From the NCBI GenBank assembly GCA_951406725.2, contig OX597818.1:124992001-125056000 (forward strand): 64,000 bases of DNA, read 5' to 3'. The position numbers were made by a program, and so were the translations under genes. Every line of letters starts with the position of its first letter. The stretch's first letter is position 1. Source of the stretch: Octopus vulgaris. Lineage: Eukaryota. This document shows positions 40,857 to 56,022 of the stretch, piece after piece. Below the pieces are notes generated by a model that saw nothing but the letters and a program-made list of their open reading frames with translations, did not search any database and was not told where the DNA came from.

Positions 40857-41033
40857 TAACATCCATCCATGAATTTATTTATTTATTAATTTTTAAATAC
40901 ATATTTTATCTGTGAATTTGCGCGTGTAATCTGGGAATGCATGCAATGCTCTTCTCTGCCCTGGGTGTATGGAAAACACTCGGCGAGAAACGGAAGAAAA
41001 TTTGAAGAAAGAAGGAAAAACATCATCATCATC

Positions 41034-41077
<44 letters not shown>

Positions 41078-41188
41078 TTCTTATAATTTAATTGTTTTTT
41101 TTAAATAATAATGATAATAATAATGATTTTTTAATAATGATGATGATGATGATAACGATGATTTCTTATAATTTAATTGGTTTTTAAA

Positions 41189-41243
<55 letters not shown>

Positions 41244-41318
41244 GTAATAACGATTTTTTAATAATGATGATGATGATGATGATAACGATGATTTCTTATA
41301 ATTTAATTGGTTTAAAAA

Positions 41319-41354
<36 letters not shown>

Positions 41355-41582
41355 GATTTTTTAATAATGATGATGATGATGATAACGATGATTTCTTATA
41401 ATTTAATTGTTTAAAAAAAAAAAAAAATAATAATAATCCTTTATGCTAGAGGCACAAGACCTTAAATTTTGTGGGGAGGGGACTAGTGGGTTAGATCGAA
41501 CCTCTGTACTCAAATGTTATTCCATCGACATTGAAATAATAATAATCATAATAATAATAATTATAATAATAATAACAACAAC

Positions 41583-41662
<80 letters not shown>

Positions 41663-42437
41663 TAATAATAAAAATTGCATTATTTTTATCATCATCATCA
41701 CCATTATTATTGGTTTCAAATTTTGGCCCAAGGCCAGTAAATTTGGAAAACGTGGTAAGTCGATTATAACGAATCCAGTGCTCAACTGGTACTTTTTTTA
41801 TTGACTCTCCCAACGGGTGAAAGGTAAAGTCGACCTCAGTGAAATGGTAATAATTTTTAATATAGGCATGAAATTTGAAAGGAAGGGGTTAGTTGATACC
41901 ATCGACCTCAGTATTCGAGTGGTACTTTGTTTTATTGTCCCTGAAAAGATAAACGGTAGTGTTGACTTCGATGGGATATGGACTTAACATAAACATCCGC
42001 AATACCAATTGTCATTTTTCTGGTGCTCTAACGGTTCTGCCAATCCACCTTTATTTAACATTAATAGTAATGGTATCTAATTTAGGCAGCAAGTCGACAA
42101 TTTTGAGGAGAGGAAAGACGTTGGTCTTTAATTATTTCAGTCGCGTCCATCAGCCAATTTCTTTGGCTATTGTCGCTAGTCAGGGTAAAACTGTTTTGAT
42201 GACCGAAAAGAAAGCCGTGAGAGCATATTCGTTGTGATGGATTTGACCAAGATCCGGATCAACCCTACACACAACTACATTGTTGGCTATAAACTCCACA
42301 AATCAACCATATATATATATTGATTGGATCCTGGTAAGATTTGAACTCAGAACGTGCATAAGAATCCTGGCTAAATATTGCAAAAATATTTTTTCCTGAA
42401 CACTCTTTCGATTCTACTATTCCCAATCCCATCATCA

Positions 42438-42484
<47 letters not shown>

Positions 42485-43747
42485 CACCACCACCACCAGT
42501 AGTAGTAGTAGTAGTAGTAGTAGTGGAAGCAGCAGCAGCAGTAGCAGTAGTAGTAGTAGTAGTAGTGGAAGCAACAGCAGCAGCAGTAGCAGTAGTAGTA
42601 GTAATAGTAGTAGTAGTAGTAGTTGTAGTAGTAGTAGTAGTAGTAGTAGTGGAAGCAGCAGTAGTAGTTGTGTTGCTGCAAATGATGATGATGATGATGA
42701 TCATCATCATCATCATCATCATTACAATAATGGTTTCAAATGTTGGCACTGGCCAAGCAATTTTGGAGGAGAGGGTAAGTCGATTGCATCGACCCCAGTA
42801 CTCAACTGGTATTTATTTTATTGACCCCGAAAGGATAAAAGACAAAGTCGACCTCGGTGGCATTTGAACTCAGAGTGTGAAGACGTGAAGAAGTACGAAA
42901 TGCCACCAAGCATTTTGTCCGGCGTGTTAACAGTTCTTCCACCTCGCCGCCTTAACTACTACAACAACAACAATTTCTAGCAGGGGCACGTGTAATCAAA
43001 TACAGAGGTAGCATAGATTATATCGACATTTGACTGGTACTTAATTTTGTCAAACCTTGGAAGGATGAAAGCCATAGTTGGCATCGGAGGGACTTGAACT
43101 TAGAATGTAAAATGCCAGAACGTAACTAATACGGTAAAGTACTTCCTCCGACGCCCTACCGATTCTGTTAGTTATAATTTCTTTAGTTGTCACCAGTTCA
43201 AGGAATCCGGGGACATTACAAGGGATAAGTAGTAAAAACGGTGGAGAGGTTTGTCTGGATTATGAAAAATCAAAATAAATCAATATGAAACAAAAGCAAT
43301 TAAAAAAAGAACCAGTAAGAACAAAATAATAAAACAAAAAAACGATTCCAAAACGCATAAAAACAAAATAATAAAATGGAATGAAATAAAACATCCTCAG
43401 TAAGGGCTACAGTGATCCAAGATTATCCCTTAATTACTAAGGGCAAGTTCATTTTCTCAGCCCCCAAAAGCCTTCATTCTAATTGTAACCGATAGAAGTT
43501 GACTGATATGCGGTCATTTCAGTTAAGATATCAACAGGTTGCCTGTAAAGATAGACACAGGTACGTTCAAGAGAGTAAGAAGTGAATACTTCAGATAGCT
43601 TAACTAACGTTGAACAGTTGAATGAATTAGATGTCACGTATTCTGTTTGCGATTTAGGAATCAGCCGAATCTAGAACAGCAACAAATAATAATAAGGAAT
43701 TAATGATTGCTGGGACTGGATCAAGGGTGACGGTGGTGCTGAGGATG

Positions 43748-43847
<100 letters not shown>

Positions 43848-44006
43848 TGTATGTTTGTATGTATTAAGAACTATTTCTGCATATGGGTGTATGCGGGTGT
43901 ATTTGTGTGTGTGTGAAGGAAATTCACAGATGTATTTATGTGCGCGTGCGGGCATATTAAGAATGTTTAAATTGTACTTTTATAAATATGAGAGCACGTG
44001 TGTCTG

Positions 44007-44052
<46 letters not shown>

Positions 44053-44064
44053 CATATATATATA

Positions 44065-44096
<32 letters not shown>

Positions 44097-45113
44097 CCAA
44101 AAGGCAAAAGTACAATATATATATGTATATATATATTTATATACATATATAAATGTATATATATATATATATATATATATTTGTATGTATACAAATATGT
44201 ATATATTTATGTTTAACACAAATACATACATATATATGTATATATGTATATTTATATACGTATATATTATATAAAATATGATATGCATATGTATGTATCT
44301 ATCTATTTATTTATATAGATATGCATATATATATATTGATATGCATGTCTATAAATATACATATATATATATATGCAGATATATGTATATCGATTTATCT
44401 ATCTATATGTACATACATATAGATAAATAAATAGATGTACATATATATACATATATATGTATATTTATAGACATACATATCAATATATATGCATATCTTA
44501 TAGACAGATAAATATATAAATACATACATATGTGTGTGTGTGTGTGTGTGTGTGTGTATTTATGTGTATTTGTATTATGTTTCGTATATTACACACATTT
44601 ATGAATACATGAATTTATATGTCTGAATGTGCACATGTTATATGTACATGAATTTATATGTAGACGTTAGTGTACCTGTTTCGATTGTCTTTTAGTGTTA
44701 GTCAAAAACTAAAAGCTACGACCGCATCATATTTGGATTAAAGCTATCGTAATATATGATAAGTGTTATATAAGTTAACGTCTAAATTGCGTGTTTATAT
44801 GTAATTAAAACAAACAAGTCGTCAGTTGTTGATCTGCTCCAGATTATGGCGTCTTGTAGTAAATACAAGCGCACACACAATGCAAACACATACAGCCACA
44901 CAAGGATGCATTGTGTGTGTGCGCATGCGTGCGTGTGTGTGTGAGTGTGTGTGTGTATGTGTGCATGTATATGTGTATGTAATTATGTGTCTATAAATGA
45001 ACGTGTGGAGGTTTAGGCGCATGTGTAAATCAGTAAGAATATGCTAAATGTGTTTTCATGCAAAAATGTATGAATATGTGTATACGAGCACACCTGTCTG
45101 CCTGGTTTCTGGA

Positions 45114-45145
<32 letters not shown>

Positions 45146-45286
45146 TGTGTTCGCGTGTGTATGTTTGTGTGAGTTTGTGGGAGTTTATGTTTTTGTGTAT
45201 GTGTCTATGCGTGTCTTTGTGTGCGTGTGTTTGAGTAAAAAATGTGTATGTATGTATGTAGTTATATATGTAAGTATGTATGTATC

Positions 45287-45318
<32 letters not shown>

Positions 45319-45571
45319 ACACACGCACACTTAGATGTGTATATGAGCGTAATTCTTACCTACCACCTACCTACCTACCTACCTACACCTACCTACATAT
45401 TTACCTACTTAACTACCTATATACATATATATATATACAGGTATGTATATTTAAATATGCATATATATTATGTATATATCTATATACATGTATGCATGTC
45501 TGTGTATGTATGCATGTATTCAAGTTCGTATGTATGTATATATATATATATATATATACGTGTGTGCATGA

Positions 45572-45618
<47 letters not shown>

Positions 45619-45911
45619 TATATATATGTATATAAATATATACATATATATACATATATATACATATATATATATATACATACATACATACATACACACA
45701 TACATACATACATACATACATACATACAAACACACACTCATATCTAATTTATTTATTTAATAACAGTTTGATTTAGTTACATGCAACTTAAAAGTTTCGT
45801 ATAGTCGTCCGTCGAACCTGGAGGCGATTAAAAAGTGTTATTAAATAAATAACATATATAACTCTTACTGGACGTGTTGACTCCCGCTTCCTTTCGTTTA
45901 ATCAATCACAC

Positions 45912-45960
<49 letters not shown>

Positions 45961-45963
<3 letters not shown>

Positions 45964-46081
45964 GCTTTTATTAAAGGTGCAAAATCATCACAAATCTGCA
46001 TCACAACAGTCCGACGAACGGGTTTTGTGAAACTCTGAGTAACAGTTTTGTGATAATTTTGCATCTTTAACCAAAAACATA
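45961..46081 (+). mobile_element. Hairpin element of about 120 bp beside (TA)n with a hammerhead-like core (46007-46045)
   Basis: Arms tatgcttttattaaaggtgcaaaatcatcacaaa / ttttgtgataattttgcatctttaaccaaaaacata. Core CCGACGA-acggg ttttgt-GAA-ACTC-t-GAGT-A-ACAG. Confidence 0.5.
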
Positions 46082-46152
46082 TTACTCTACTTTTGGTATT
46101 CCAGTATAATTTTTTTCACCTTCTTTTGCACTTATGTGTTCACCTGTGTGTT

Positions 46153-46196
<44 letters not shown>

Positions 46197-46277
46197 TGTA
46201 TTTGTGTGTATGTAAATATATATATATATATTGATAAATATCTGAATAAGTAGATAGGTAGATAGATAGATAGAGAT

Positions 46278-46321
<44 letters not shown>

Positions 46322-46459
46322 TTGAATACACATATAAGAAGACACGCGTACATATATATATAATAACAAAGGGTAACATTAATTAATTAAGAAGTAATCA
46401 GTAATCTCACCAAGCAGAATTCGGCATGAAAAAGACCAATTCATGGTAAGCTTAAGTAA

Positions 46460-46638
46460 TACTTTATAAATAGGGTTCAGCAACGATTTGCTTCACCACA
46501 TACCGAAGTTTAGCAACGATTTGCTTCACCACATTTGACTGCTATTTTTTGACTGGAATAGCTAAGATTTTTTGACTGCTATTTCTAAACTTCGGTATGT
46601 GGTGAAGCAAATCGTTGCTGAACCCTATTTATAAAGTA
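46460..46638. repeat. 54-bp perfect inverted repeat with internal short direct duplications
   Basis: 46460-46513 is the reverse complement of 46585-46638. The spacer repeats agcaacgatttgcttcaccacat and tttgactg. Confidence 0.85.
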
Positions 46639-46639
46639 T

Positions 46640-46703
<64 letters not shown>

Positions 46704-46708
46704 GTATG

Positions 46709-46740
<32 letters not shown>

Positions 46741-47278
46741 TGTATGTATGTATGTATGTATGTATGTATGTATGCATGCAAGCATAGAAATATATGCCCA
46801 ATAGAAGTTGAAACGAGGCATACTGATCACCAAATGACATACACCACACAGCTGTGTAGAGTGCCCATGGGTATATTAACTAATTAATTGATAGAAAACA
46901 GGTATCCCGCTGTATGTAGCTAGAATAAGTAAATAGATTGGTAGGGCTTGATATTGCTAGATAGACAGATGGATAGATTAGGAAATCGGTTGATAAATAG
47001 GAAGATATTTATTTAAAAAGATTGGTAGTTCGCATATAGGTGTTTGCTTTCTTATCAGTAATGCTTTTTCCTCTATATATATACGAGGGGTTCGTGGCTT
47101 TGAGTAAAAGAAAATACAGGAGGATCAGTTAATCATGATTTTATTCGGCATGTTCCCTTCTCAAATTCACACACTTATTGCAGCAGTCCTTCAGTTTTTC
47201 TAAGCCCTGCAAAAGAACTCGGAAAGTTGGGCTTCTAACCAAGCCTTTCGCGATACCCTTAAAGCCACAAACGTGGCT

Positions 47279-47368
<90 letters not shown>

Positions 47369-48167
47369 CATGTATGTATGTATATTTTTATACAGGGGGT
47401 GCTGAAAAGTTCCTGGCTTTGGGTGAAAGAAAATACAGAAGGATCAGTTAATTGTGATTTTATTGAACATATTCCCCTCTCAGATTCTCAAACTTATTGC
47501 AGCGGTCCTTCAGTTTTTCTAAACCTTGTAAAATAACTCGGAAGGTTAGGCCTCTAGCGAGGCATTTTGCGATAGCTTTAAAGCCAGGGACTTTTCAGCG
47601 CCCTCTCGATTATGCATGAATATAATTCTTATCCCAAATAAATTTGCACTTCATGTTTGACGCTCTGGTGAAGCTATAAGGTGTTACTCGGGCATTCAAC
47701 TATGAGTCCACTGCATATTATAGCAGAAACAGCCGTAAGCTAATGAAGTTCATAAGATAATCGTTTATTTCTTTGTCATATCACTTTCTTAGATGGGTAG
47801 TTATATAGATAGCTGTATAAGTAGTTAAATGAATGGATTAATAATAAGATAAATGATTATTTAGTTAGTTTGCTGGTTAGAGAATAAGATAGGTAGGTAG
47901 ATAACTTGTTGACTAGGTAGATAGCTAGTTAGATAGATAGTTAAATAACTGAATGGATTTCTAGGTAATTAAATATTCTTTTACTCTTTTACTTGTTTCA
48001 GTCACTTGACTGTGGCCATGCCGGAGCACCGCCTTTTAGTCGAACAAATCGACCCCAGGACTTATTCTTTGTAAACCTAGTACTTATTCTATCGGTCTCT
48101 TTTGCCGCTAAGAGGACGTAAACACACTAGCATTGGTTGTCAAGCGATGTTGGGGGGACAAACACAA

Positions 48168-48198
<31 letters not shown>

Positions 48199-48581
48199 CG
48201 ACGGGCTTCTTTCAGTTTCCGTCTACCAAATCCACTCACAAGGCTTTGGTCGGCCCGAGGCTATAGTAGAAGAGACTTGCCCAAGGTACCACGCAGTGGG
48301 ACTGAACCTGGAACCATGTGGTTGGGAAGCAAGCTACTAACCACACAACCACTCCTACGCCCGGATAAATTGATAGCTAAATAGTTACATTAAATAGACC
48401 GACGGATCGATCGATGAATGGATGGATGGATCGATGAATTTGTTGATCAAATAAACAATTATACAAGTTGCTGCTCAGTTTCCTTCTTACAAGTAACCAG
48501 TGAAGAAATGGTAGAATTTTTTTTTATTAATTGATCCTGTTTGCTTCCGCTGCTGTGAAACTGACGACGACGACGACGATA

Positions 48582-48613
<32 letters not shown>

Positions 48614-48736
48614 CTTGATGATGACGATTATAGTGAAGAATATGGAAATGATATTGATGCTAATGAGAAAACATCTGTTGAGATCGTGATCTCCCGCCAA
48701 CGCTTCCACCACCACCACCACCACCACCACCACCAG

Positions 48737-48784
<48 letters not shown>

Positions 48785-49475
48785 AACTACTACTACAAGG
48801 ACCCCCTCTGTACGCGCCACTACTAAGCACCGTAATTAACCAATCAGCATCACAAGCATACATAATAAACCACAACATCACCACCGCCGTCACCATCTCC
48901 CCCACCACCACCATCACCGCCACCACCACCACTACCACCACTATCACCACCACTACCACCACTACCCCCCACCGCCGCTGCCGCCACCGCCACCACCACC
49001 ACCACCGCCGCCGCCGCCGCCACCACCACCATCACCACCACCTCCACCACTCTTTACTACAATCGCCTCCCCCGCCACCTGAATAAATAAATCAATATAT
49101 ACATTATCAACAGTTTGACTTTCAGCCTCGGAAGCTACACCAGCTGCTGAGAGACTAACCCCTAACCCCACAGCCACAAATATTCGTCATTTCACCTAAA
49201 ACAACAACAGTAACAACAACGGCAATGGGTCAACGAGGGTGGGGATAAATGTGGTTGCTCCATCTGCTAGAAATGGTACCCTATTTTTCCTAAGTCACAT
49301 ACTTCTATCTTTAAAATATATATAAGCGCAGGCGTGGTTGTGTGGAAAGAGGCTTTCTTCCCAACCCTATGGTTCTAAGTTCAGTCTCACTGCGTGGCAC
49401 CTTGGGCAAATGTCTTCTACTATAGCCTTGAACCTTGTGAGTGGATTTGGTAGAAACTGAAAGAATCCCGCCGTA

Positions 49476-49512
<37 letters not shown>

Positions 49513-50091
49513 TGTGTGTGTATGTGACTTTGTGTCTGTGTTTGTCCTCTACCGCTGGACAACCAATGTTGGTTTGTTTACGTTCCCGTAACTTAGCGGT
49601 TGGGCAAAAAAGGCCCGATAGAATAAGTACCAGGCTTTAAAAAAGATAAATAAGTACGGGGTCGATCCCCTTTACTAAATATCTCTTCAAGGTGGTGCCC
49701 CAGCATGGCTTCAGTCTAATGACTGATACAAGTAAGTATATACACACACACATATACTGGGCTCTCTTTGATCAGAGCTAACCCTAGGTTAATCCATAAC
49801 AGCAACAATCATAGAGAAGCAACGAAGGAACCTGCCAGTAATAGCAGCCAAAATCTCTCAAATCATACCCTTTACGCCCACCGGTGGGGCCTAGGATCCA
49901 ATTTTTTCTTTCTTTTATTTTTTAGTGAGACATGGAATTGTGAGATTTTTCTTCACAGCAAACATACTACACCTATACTCAGCCTAGTCAAACCATTTCG
50001 TCCAGCCAAGCTTACTGTGTGAAGACTGCTGCAGTATAGTGATATTCTAATGTCCTGGTGTGGATATTTCTTTAAGGAGAGTATATAATTA

Positions 50092-50535
50092 GGATTTTTT
50101 CGGTTTGAACGGCAGTTTTTAACATAATTTCTAGGTAACTAAAAAATTTAAAACTTCGTATACTGGTAGAATGTGTTTATAAAATATATTTTTCTCTTGG
50201 CTTTGTTGAGAAAATTCTATAGTTTGTAAGATATTTGTTGTTTTTTTTTTCAATTTCTGCAATTTCAACCAATCAGTGACGTCTATTGAGTTAAAAAGCA
50301 TTCTGTGCCGTATGAATATGTCCCTCGTTTAAGAAACAGATTGGGTTTATTTACATTTGTGAAGAAAAAAAAAAGATACCCTTCCCCCACTCCTAACCCG
50401 AAACCTAACCCTAACTAACCCTAACCCTAACCCTAAAAGAGATTGAAATGCAATAGATCGATTCTAGGTTCATAATAATGGGTGACAATTTCATGACTCC
50501 GCTAGAAAAAACTGTCGTTGAAACCGAAAAGATCC
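50092..50535. mobile_element. Non-autonomous DNA transposon with 8-bp TSD carrying telomere-like (CCCTAA)n
   Basis: TSD TATAATTA at 50084-50091 and 50536-50543. TIR GGATTTTTTCGGTTTGAACGGCAGTTTTT / AAAAACTGTCGTTGAAACCGAAAAGATCC. CCCTAA units at 50391-50436. Confidence 0.8.
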
Positions 50536-51529
50536 TATAATTATAAAACTGATTTCAAGTTTTGGCACAAGGCCGGCAAGTTCTGGGGAGTGGGTAAATG
50601 GATTACATCGACCCCAGTGCTCAACTGGTACTTTTTGTTATCGATCCCGAAAGTATGAAAAGTATAGTAGACCTCCGCAGAATTTGAACACAGAACGTGA
50701 AGACAGACGAAATGCCACTAAGCATTTCGCCCGGCGTGCTAACGATTCTACCAGCTCGCTGCCTTGTATAATTATAAAATATCGATTTCAAATTTTGGCA
50801 CAAGGGTGGGGACGAAGTTCAACTGGTATTCATTTTTTCGACCCCGAAAGGGATGAATGGCAAAGTCGACCTCTGCGGGATTTGAACGCAGAGTGTAAAG
50901 TCGGATAAAATGTCGCAAACAATTGAATCTGCTCGCCGCCTTATATAATTATATAATATTTGAAACAAAGTTGCTTTTTTCCCAATCACCGGTGGGGCAT
51001 TCATTTTTCCTGGAAAGTTATAGCTGGGCTTGGGAGAAATTAGGCTGGGGAACACTGCTCTGTCGTATTTTTGAAGAAAGGACACATCTGACGATATAAA
51101 CTTTGATTTACAGAAATACGTAACATGGGATGGTCACGGTTAGGATGGACGCTATTGATAACAGGTTGGCTCAATCAGAGCTAACGTGAGAAACAAAACA
51201 CCACCGTCGCCAGTAACAAGAAGAACTCCCTCACCACCGGCACCTGCGCTAAGATCACCACTACCGCTATCATCATCGCCGACGCTGTCGTCGCAGCCGC
51301 CGTCACTACTACGATAAATAATCAGCATATGTACGACTCCACCTCCCCACATCTACTAACAACAACAACAACAACTAACTTTACGGAGCAGGTGTTTCTT
51401 TGCGCCTCGCTTAAGGGCTGAGTTTTCTTTCAATCTCACTTTCTCTTTCTCTCTCTCTCCCTTTGCCCCTCTCTCTTATTCTTTCTCCATTGCTCTTTTC
51501 CCGTTTAATTTGCTTCACCACATCATCAT

Positions 51530-53266
51530 CTATTTCGTTACTACCCACAAGAGAGGACAAACAAGCACAGACAAACAAGCACAGACAAACGGATTAAGTC
51601 GATTACATCGACCCCAGTGCGTAACTGGTACTTAATTTATCGACCCTGAAAGGATGAAAGGCAAAGTCGACCTCGGCGGAATTTGAACTCAGAACGCAGC
51701 GGCAGACGAAATACCTATTTCTTCACTACCCACAAGGGGCTAAACACAGAGGGGACAAACAAGGACAGACAAACGGATTAAGTCGATTACATCGACTCCA
51801 GTGCGTAACTGGTACTTAATTTATCAACTCCGAAAGATGAAAGGCAAAGTCGAGCTCGGCGGAATTTGAACTCGGAACGTAGCGGCAGACGAAATACGGC
51901 TACACATTTCGCCCGGCGCGCTAACGTTTCTGCCAGCTCACCGCCTTTCAATAAGAAAGAATTATGTGGTAAAGGAAAGGTAGTATTAACTTATATTGTC
52001 AAGTCATGAGTGCTACAGGTAACATGAAACCCAGTACAGCCTGTTGCATGGCCAAGTCGTCGGCGTCGATTAAATAAGTACCAGTTACGCACTGGGGTCG
52101 ATATAAACGACTTAATCCGTTTGTCTGTCCTTGTTTGTCCTCTCTGTGTTTAGCCCCTTGTGGGTAGTAAAGAAATAGGTATTTCGTCTACCGTTACGTT
52201 CTGAGTTGAAATTCCCCCGAGGCCGACTTTGCCTTTCATCTTTCGGGGTCGATAAATTAAGTACCAGTTACGTACTGGGGTCGATGTAATCGACTGGTCC
52301 CCCCCACAAATTTCGGGCCTTGTGCCTAGAGTAGAAAAGAATCCTTTCTTACTGAACGTTTTGATGTTCATTACGCCGTTACGTTCTGAGTTCTAATTCC
52401 GCCAAGGTCGACTTTGCCTTTCATCCTTTCGGGGTCGATTAAATAAGTACCAGTTACGCACTGGGGTGGATATAATAGACTTAATCCGTTTGTCTGTCCT
52501 TGTTTGTCCTCTCTGTGTTTGCCCCTTGTGGGTAGTAAAGAAATAGGTATTTCGTCTACCGTTACGTTCTGAGTTGAAATTCCCCGAGGCCGACTTTGCC
52601 TTTCATCTTTCGGGGTCGATAAATTAAGTACCAGTTACGTACTGGGGTCGATGTAATCGACTGGTCCCCCCACAAATTTCGGGCCTTGTGCCTAGAGTAG
52701 AAAAGAATCCTTTCTTACTGAACGTTTTGATGTTCATTACGCCGTTACGTTCTGAGTTCTAATTCCGCCAAGGTCGACTTTGCCTTTCATCCTTTCGGGG
52801 TCGATTAAATAAGTACCAGTTACGCACTGGGGTGGATATAATAGACTTAATCCGTTTGTCTGTCCTTGTTTGTCCTCTCTGTGTTTGCCCCTTGTGGGTA
52901 GTAAAGAAATAGGTATTTCGTCTACCGTTACGTTCTGAGTTGAAATTCGCCCGAGGTCGACTTTGCCTTTCATCTTTCGGGGTCGATAAATTAAGTACCA
53001 GTTACACACTGGGGTCGATATAATCGACTTAATCCGTTTGTCTGTCCTTGTTTGTCCTCTCTGTGTGGTAGTAAAGAAATAGGTATTTCGTCTACCGTTA
53101 CGTTCTGCGTTCAAATTCCGCCTTTCATCTTTCGGGGTCGATAAATTAAGTACCAGTTGCTTACTAGGGTCGATCGAATCAACTGGTCCCTTACCCCAAA
53201 ATTTCGGGCCTCGTGCCTAGAGTAGAAAAGAATCCTTTCTTACTGAACGTTTAGATGTTCATTACG
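51530..53266. repeat. Cluster of tandem SINE units: - strand dimer at 51530-51947 and + strand array at 52066-53266 with a 366-bp period
   Basis: The block aatcctttcttactgaacgttt(t/a)gatgttcattacg occurs three times (about 52340, 52706, 53231). Confidence 0.8.
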
Positions 53267-53564
53267 TCAATTATATTAAAGAGTGAATTAACTGCTGTCT
53301 TTTTCACACGTATGGACTCACTTTGTAATAAACCGCCTTTACGTATAAGTTAGTTTTAAGACACTTAATGCATTGTTCAAGTTATTGCTGTTGTTGCTGT
53401 TGTTTGGGTGTGTAGGAATTTGAGAACAATCATAATTATTTCAACATGCTTATTTCAATTAATTAATTATTGTTCGTATAACACTTTTGCATTACATGTT
53501 TAAGTAGAACTCCTCAGATATGCGGCATATCGTCATCATCATTGTCATCATTGACGTCGTCGAT

Positions 53565-53614
<50 letters not shown>

Positions 53615-54973
53615 TGAACCACAGATACTCTTCTTCTTCTTCCTTTTCTTCTTCCCCACCTCCTACTCACCTCCCCCGCCCTGCACTTCATTACTCACCG
53701 CAGAACTTCAGTTGTCAAGTGGACAGCTGCGCATAATTTCGGTTAATGCCCGAACTCTTTGGCATAACATTGCGCAGTTTGAAGGGTCAGTAACAAGGAT
53801 GAATGCACTGTAAGAGTTTAGGATGGTGTTGGCGGTGTTATTTTATGGTAACGTTTTCACACCTTCCCCGAAGATAATTGGGTAAATTGACCATTGGTAG
53901 CTAGCACTTATTATGAGTCAATCGTAAAACATGGACAATAATTCACAAGGTGCATGCAAAATAGCTAGAATTCAAATAATAACGCATCTATTAATTCTCA
54001 AAACGTTTCGGCAGATTCGAACGAAAATATCTGATCAGTGTTGTTTTCCATCATCGGAGAACATTTGTTCCCTTTCGCTGATGTGAGTTCATAACTCACG
54101 TGATTCATAGGTGTAAGGTAACTTTGAGACACTGCGGTGTTTCGACCTTATTGCGTGTATCCTCAGCCAAAGTTAACTCACAAAACCGATGAATCTAACA
54201 TGAGTACAGACTTTTGTTTGGAAATCAGTAAACAAATTATTTACTGATGCGACCTATTTGATGTGTGCAAAATGGATAATTCATAAGGTGCACACAGAAC
54301 GGCGAGAATCCGAACAATAACGAATCTGTTCATTTATAACACGGACGCCGTTGTGGTCCATTTGGACGCCGTTCTGCTCCGTAAGAATACATGTTATGTA
54401 TGTATGTCTGTATGCCTGTAAAAGTGTATGCTTCCAACCAACAGGTTTCATGCGTCGCCTATATTGCTAAGGGCAATAATAAACGTGAGACCAATAGTTA
54501 CTTTCTAATCGGCCATAACCAGCGACTACCTAATATGTGTGTGTGTATGTATGTATGTATGTGTGTGTGTATATATATGCGTAGGCGTTGCTGTGTGGTA
54601 AGGATTTTGCTTCCCATCCACACGGCTCCGAGTTCAGTCCCACAGCATGCCGTCTAGGATTGAGCCGACCAAAGCCTTGTGAGTGGATTTGGTAGATGGA
54701 AACTGAAAGAAACCTGTCGTATATATATATATATATATATGCCTGTACATATCTATACATATCTGTGTGTGGGTGTGGGTGTGCCTTTGTGACTGTGTTA
54801 GTATATTTACGTCCCCGTACCTTAGTGGTTCGGCAAAAGAAACCGATATAAGAAGTACTAGGCTTGGAAAAAATACCTCCTGGCGTGGATTTCTTCGACT
54901 AGAACCCTTCAAGGCGGTACCCTAGAATGGTCACAGTCAAAATGTCTGAAACATGTAAAAAATAAAAGAAGTA

Positions 54974-55114
<141 letters not shown>

Positions 55115-55121
55115 GTGTGTA

Positions 55122-55203
<82 letters not shown>

Positions 55204-55575
55204 GATAGATGGATGGATGGATGCAAGCGTCTATAAGTGTCTAAGCGTAGAGGTTTTCAGCCAATTAAACCACTTGGCGAACGGAAAGCTCCTAAACTCA
55301 ACACTTAGTAAATCGTAGGTATCATCTTAGAAAAATTTGGAAGGAGGCTCTCTAATAAAAATCCTGTAATTGGAATAGTTTGAAGCCACTTTGTTCTTCT
55401 TCGAGCCTGGATGTTTAATTATGGATAATTACAGAGTTGCATACATGACGTATACAACAAGCGTATATCGCTATAATTCATTGATGTACGTTTATGAGAC
55501 CGCTATCATCTGACGAAATAAAGCAATTATCAACTATGTACGCATGCATGTGTATATGCATACTTGCATGAATGA

Positions 55576-55634
<59 letters not shown>

Positions 55635-55704
55635 TTCATATTGCATATATATATTTGTATATATATGTGTGTGTGTGAGTGTATGTGCATGTGTATGTGT
55701 GTGC

Positions 55705-55737
<33 letters not shown>

Positions 55738-55916
55738 GTCACCAAATCGTTTTTATGTTCCTCTTGATGAATCCTCACTACTTTGCTTAACTATAGTCTC
55801 TCTCCCACTTTCTCTCTCTCTGTCTCTCTCACACACACACGCGCACACACATGTATACACACACACACGCACACACACGCTCATTCTTTGTCATTGAAAA
55901 AGTGCCTATAAATATA

Positions 55917-55952
<36 letters not shown>

Positions 55953-55984
55953 TGTATGTATGTATGTATGTATGTATGTATGTA

Positions 55985-56022
<38 letters not shown>

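Noticed and set aside
50391-50436. (CCCTAA)n as a chromosome end or fusion scar
   Set aside because: Short, degenerate and internal to a TIR element with a TSD.
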